NCBI GenBank assembly: GCA_963693055.1
Contig: OY843751.1
Location: 5,440,001 to 5,504,000 of the forward strand
DNA length: 64,000 nt
Reading direction: 5' to 3'
DNA from: a bacterium
Lineage (GTDB): Bacteria; Zhuqueibacterota; Zhuqueibacteria; Residuimicrobiales; Krinioviventaceae
The position numbers and the translations under genes were made by a program. Position 1 is the first letter of the stretch, and every line of letters starts with the position of its first letter. The notes below the pieces were generated by a model. The model saw nothing but the letters and a program-made list of their open reading frames with translations, searched no databases and was not told the origin of the DNA. Positions 60,220-64,000 of the stretch are shown here, in pieces.

Positions 60220-62712
60220 TTATTTTTCTACTGTTTCAGTTTTGGTAAATTCATCAGGATCAACACTGTTTTCATTATCCACATGTGTGAATTCCAGTCC
60301 ATCACCTTTTTTCTTAACATGGATATGGCTGCCATCTACAAAGACACCCTTTAACATTTCTTCCGCTATAGGATCTTCTATGTGTTTCTGTATCGTTCTC
60401 TTTAATGGCCGCGCACCATAGACAGGATCAAATGCAAGTTGTGCCAGATACTCTTTGGCACCCTTGGTGAGATCAATGCGAATATTACGGTCTCTAACCT
60501 TGTCCAACATTTCCTCAATAACGATATCAATAATAACAAGCATATCATCAAGTCCAAGCTGGCGGAACACAACAAGTTCATCAACACGGTTCAAAAATTC
60601 AGGATTAAAAACATTTTTTACTTCTTCAATAATGCGAGATCGCATAGTTTCATAGTTCGTGTCTGCATCATCTTTGGAGAAACCAAAGCCGCCACCCTTG
60701 GTAACCTTGCGCGCTCCAATATTACTGGTCAAGATTAAAACAGTATTTTTGAAATCAATCTTGCGGCCCAATCCGTCAGTTATATGGCCTTCGTCCAGAA
60801 TTTGAAGCAAAATATTAAACACATCCGGATGTGCTTTTTCAATCTCATCAAACAGGATGACAGAATAAGGATGTCTGCGAACGCGCTCAGTTAACTGGCC
60901 GCCTTCTTCAAAACCCACATATCCCGGAGGAGCTCCTGTCAAACGAGATACTGAAAATTTCTCCATAAATTCTGACATATCAATACGGATCAATGAATCT
61001 TCTGATTCAAACAAATACTTGGCAACTTCTTTTGCCAGATAGGTTTTACCTACACCGGTAGGGCCTAAAAAGATAAATGACCCAATAGGACGATTAGGAT
61101 CTTTTAATCCGGCTCGTGTACGCTGAATAGCCTTGCTAATAATCTCTATTACATTATCCTGGCCAACAATCCGGTTTTTCAACTCGGAAGGCATTCTGAG
61201 CAATTTTTCAGATTCGGACTGTGCTACGCGGGTAACCGGAATACCCGTTATCATAGAGATAACATCGGTTACATCTTCCAAATCTACATCGGCATAGGTG
61301 CCGTCTTGTTCTTCATTCCAGCGTTGCTTGGTATCTTCAAGTCTTTCAATCAAAGATTTTTCACTATCACGAAGTTCGGCTGCTTTTTCAAAATTCTGAG
61401 AACGAACGACATGTTCCTTCTCACTGCGAACTTTTTTAATTTCTTCTTCAAGCTCGGTTATTTCCTTGGGCACAACAATATTTGCCAGGTGCACCCGCGC
61501 GCCGGTTTCATCCATCACATCAATTGACTTGTCCGGTTGAAAACGATCAGAAATATACCGGTCTGACATATAAACAATATTTTTTACTACATCGTCACTG
61601 TAATTTACACGATGATGCGCCTCATAGCGGGACTTTAAGCCCTGAACAATTGCCAAAGTCTCTTCAAGAGACGGTGGATCAACCATAACTTTTTGGAAAC
61701 GACGTTCAAGCGCACCGTCTTTTTCAATAAACTGCCTGTATTCGTCCAATGTGGTTGCACCAATACACTGCAGCTCTCCACGTGACAGAGCAGGTTTAAA
61801 CATATTTGATGCATCCAGAGATCCTGATGCACCACCTGCACCTACTATGGTATGCAATTCGTCAATGAATAATATAATATCTTTCATCTTGGCCAATTCA
61901 TTCATAATAGCTTTCATACGTTCTTCAAATTGACCTCTATATTTGGTTCCGGCCACAATTGAGCCTAGATCTAAAGTTACTACACGTTTACTGTGTAAAA
62001 TTCTCGGTACTTTTTTATCAACAATTCGCAATGCCAGGCCTTCAGCAATAGCTGTTTTACCTACACCCGGTTCGCCAATCAATACAGGATTATTCTTTTT
62101 GCGTCTGCTCAAAATTTGGGCCACGCGCTGTATTTCGTTTTCACGACCGATTATAGGATCAAGCTCGCCTTTACGGGCAAGTTCAGTTAAATCCCTGCCG
62201 AAATGGTCAAGCGCTGGCGTTTGGGACTTTGATTGTCCCTGCGGATCTGTTGAATCAGGTTGTACATTTTCAGACCCTTGCATAACACGCTCCAATTCTT
62301 CAGATGCATTTTCATAAGTAACACCAAAACTCTTTAATATCTGAGCGGCAAGTCCATCTTTTTCCTTAACCAGCGCTAATAGTAAATGCTCTGTTCCAAT
62401 AATATCCGATTTATGTCTATCTGCTTCTACATAAGCGCTTTTTAATATCTTTTCAGCCCGTTTGGTAAAGGGAATGTTGCCAATGGTCATGGTGTCACCC
62501 GATGCTCTACCAGCATCTTCAATTGCTCGTTTCACCTCATCCAAATCACAGCCCAATGCCGCCAGTATCTCTATCGCTATGCCTTCACCTTCACGTATTA
62601 GTCCCAACAACAAATGTTCTGTACCAATATAATCATGTCCCAGACGTAAAGCTTCATCACGTGCAAACTGTATGACCATCTGTACTCGACTAGAAAAGTT
62701 GTTTTTCATCAT
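60220..62712 (-). CDS. clpC: ATP-dependent Clp protease ATP-binding subunit ClpC
   Basis: Two ClpN repeats; GEPGVGKT; UVR domain; GPTGVGKT; GGFGF ClpP-binding loop. Confidence 0.95.
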   Translation of the reverse strand: MMKNNFSSRVQMVIQFARDEALRLGHDYIGTEHLLLGLIREGEGIAIEILAALGCDLDEVKRAIEDAGRASGDTMTIGNIPFTKRAEKILKSAYVEADRHKSDIIGTEHLLLALVKEKDGLAAQILKSFGVTYENASEELERVMQGSENVQPDSTDPQGQSKSQTPALDHFGRDLTELARKGELDPIIGRENEIQRVAQILSRRKKNNPVLIGEPGVGKTAIAEGLALRIVDKKVPRILHSKRVVTLDLGSIVAGTKYRGQFEERMKAIMNELAKMKDIILFIDELHTIVGAGGASGSLDASNMFKPALSRGELQCIGATTLDEYRQFIEKDGALERRFQKVMVDPPSLEETLAIVQGLKSRYEAHHRVNYSDDVVKNIVYMSDRYISDRFQPDKSIDVMDETGARVHLANIVVPKEITELEEEIKKVRSEKEHVVRSQNFEKAAELRDSEKSLIERLEDTKQRWNEEQDGTYADVDLEDVTDVISMITGIPVTRVAQSESEKLLRMPSELKNRIVGQDNVIEIISKAIQRTRAGLKDPNRPIGSFIFLGPTGVGKTYLAKEVAKYLFESEDSLIRIDMSEFMEKFSVSRLTGAPPGYVGFEEGGQLTERVRRHPYSVILFDEIEKAHPDVFNILLQILDEGHITDGLGRKIDFKNTVLILTSNIGARKVTKGGGFGFSKDDADTNYETMRSRIIEEVKNVFNPEFLNRVDELVVFRQLGLDDMLVIIDIVIEEMLDKVRDRNIRIDLTKGAKEYLAQLAFDPVYGARPLKRTIQKHIEDPIAEEMLKGVFVDGSHIHVKKKGDGLEFTHVDNENSVDPDEFTKTETVEK

Positions 62713-62951
62713 TCACTCCCGCGGTGTTGCAACATTCAAAGTATTTCTCAGCTCACTCTACTTGAATAACACCAGTTTATTCTTAAAAGATTCCAACAAT
62801 TTCATCTAAAGCAAAATTCTTTTGCTTTTTCCTGCTGAATAATTCATCAGGACTCTACTAAACATTACTACAGTGATATTTAGTCCCAAAATACTCTATA
62901 CAGAATATTTTGCATTCTATTTTTATTACAATTTTTATGCCAAACAAACAC

Positions 62952-63641
62952 CTAGCCGGGTTTGAGATTGTTTTTTATTTTACCATCATACAGTTCAATT
63001 ATCCGGTCAGCCTTATCAGCAAGCTCCAGGTTATGTGTAACAATAACAAGGGTTTGCTTGAATTGCCGGCTAATGGACCATAAAAGCTCATGAAGTGAAT
63101 CTGCGGTCTTGTGATCCAGGTTACCGGAAGGTTCATCGGCAAGCAACAATCTTGGCTCATTCATGAGCGCGCGTGCCACAGCAATACGCTGTTGTTCACC
63201 ACCGGACAATTCATTGGGCTTGTGGTCCGCACGGTCAAGCACACCAACCTTTTCGAGCAGCTCAGAACTGCGTCGTTCCAAATCTTTGGGCACTCCGCGG
63301 GCGATCATCCCCGGCATCATAATGTTTTCACGTGCGGTAAATTCAGGCAACAAGTGGTGGGCCTGAAACACAAAACCAATAGTCTTGTTGCGCAATTGCG
63401 CAAGCTGCGAATCGCTGTAACGGGTCAATTCCTTTTCATCAATCCATACCTGACCACGTGTGGGACGGTCAAGGGCACCAACAATTTGCAGCAAGGTACT
63501 TTTCCCTACTCCTGATGGACCAATAACCGCAATGATCTCGCCTTCTTCCACCTCAAGGTCAACGCCGTTCAACACATCTACCTGGGTGTGGCTTCCAGGA
63601 TTATAAGTTTTATATACATCTAACAGTTTCAATACTGACAT
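62952..63641 (-). CDS. lolD: Lipoprotein-release ABC transporter ATPase
   Basis: GPSGVGKST; GFVFQAHHLLPEFTA; LSGGEQQR; ADEPSGNLD. Confidence 0.85.
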   Translation of the reverse strand: MSVLKLLDVYKTYNPGSHTQVDVLNGVDLEVEEGEIIAVIGPSGVGKSTLLQIVGALDRPTRGQVWIDEKELTRYSDSQLAQLRNKTIGFVFQAHHLLPEFTARENIMMPGMIARGVPKDLERRSSELLEKVGVLDRADHKPNELSGGEQQRIAVARALMNEPRLLLADEPSGNLDHKTADSLHELLWSISRQFKQTLVIVTHNLELADKADRIIELYDGKIKNNLKPG

Positions 63642-63651
63642 GATTTACTTT

Positions 63652-64000
63652 CTATTCATAGCGTATACTTTCTACAGGGTCATGTTTTGCAGCTTTGACC
63701 GCAGGATATATTGCCGCAATATAGGTAATTAAAACAGACGCGGCAGAGATCATGATAAAATCCTGCCATTTCATCAAAATGGGCAGCCAGTTGATAAAAT
63801 AAACATCACCCGGCAGTGCCAGAAATTTATATGTATATTGCAGCCAGCACAAGCCATACCCAAAAACATTACCCAGAATGGTCCCTAAAATTCCTACAAA
63901 TAAACCTTCATAGGTAAAAATGCGCCTAATGCCCAGGTTGGTTGCCCCCATAGATTTCAAAATACCAATATCCCGTATTTTTTCCATGGTAACCATAATC
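63652..64000 (-). CDS. LolC/E-family permease, 3' part (truncated by the window edge)
   Basis: EKIRDIGILKSMGA; DVYFI; YPA..AA..DPVESIRYE. Confidence 0.88.
   Translation of the reverse strand, partial: IMVTMEKIRDIGILKSMGATNLGIRRIFTYEGLFVGILGTILGNVFGYGLCWLQYTYKFLALPGDVYFINWLPILMKWQDFIMISAASVLITYIAAIYPAVKAAKHDPVESIRYE

Noticed and set aside
62713-62951. CIRCE or CtsR heat-shock operator upstream of clpC
   Set aside because: Neither TTAGCACTC-N9-GAGTGCTAA nor tandem GTCAAA repeats were found

Overview
64 kb of bacterial chromosome. PorV-like barrels, an 'NYPNPFNP' C-terminal sorting domain, DUF4835, the nqr operon, and sulfatase/sialidase genes suggest an FCB-superphylum anaerobe such as KSB1/Calditrichota; this taxonomy is inference. 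The left ~37 kb is accessory: secreted hydrolases, small-molecule resistance regulators, a damaged nitroreductase/LytS-LytTR locus, AT-rich orphan genes flanked by a mosaic of palindromic repeats, and a sigma-54-type operon encoding an Omp85 barrel, a toast-rack protein and a 4-repeat protein. The right part is mostly housekeeping: tRNA-Lys, an MCP, nqrABCDEF-apbE with two hemerythrins and a CBS gene inserted, ClC, pepT, clpC and lolD/lolE. No integrase, transposase, CRISPR array or rRNA was seen. The best candidates for new biology are (1) the sigma-54/IHF/triple-enhancer Omp85 operon, (2) the modular repeat system bracketing AT-rich orphan genes, (3) hemerythrins embedded in nqr, and (4) a self-activating MerR-GyrI gene with an apparent internal start. 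All calls come from reading motifs by eye; no database searches were run.
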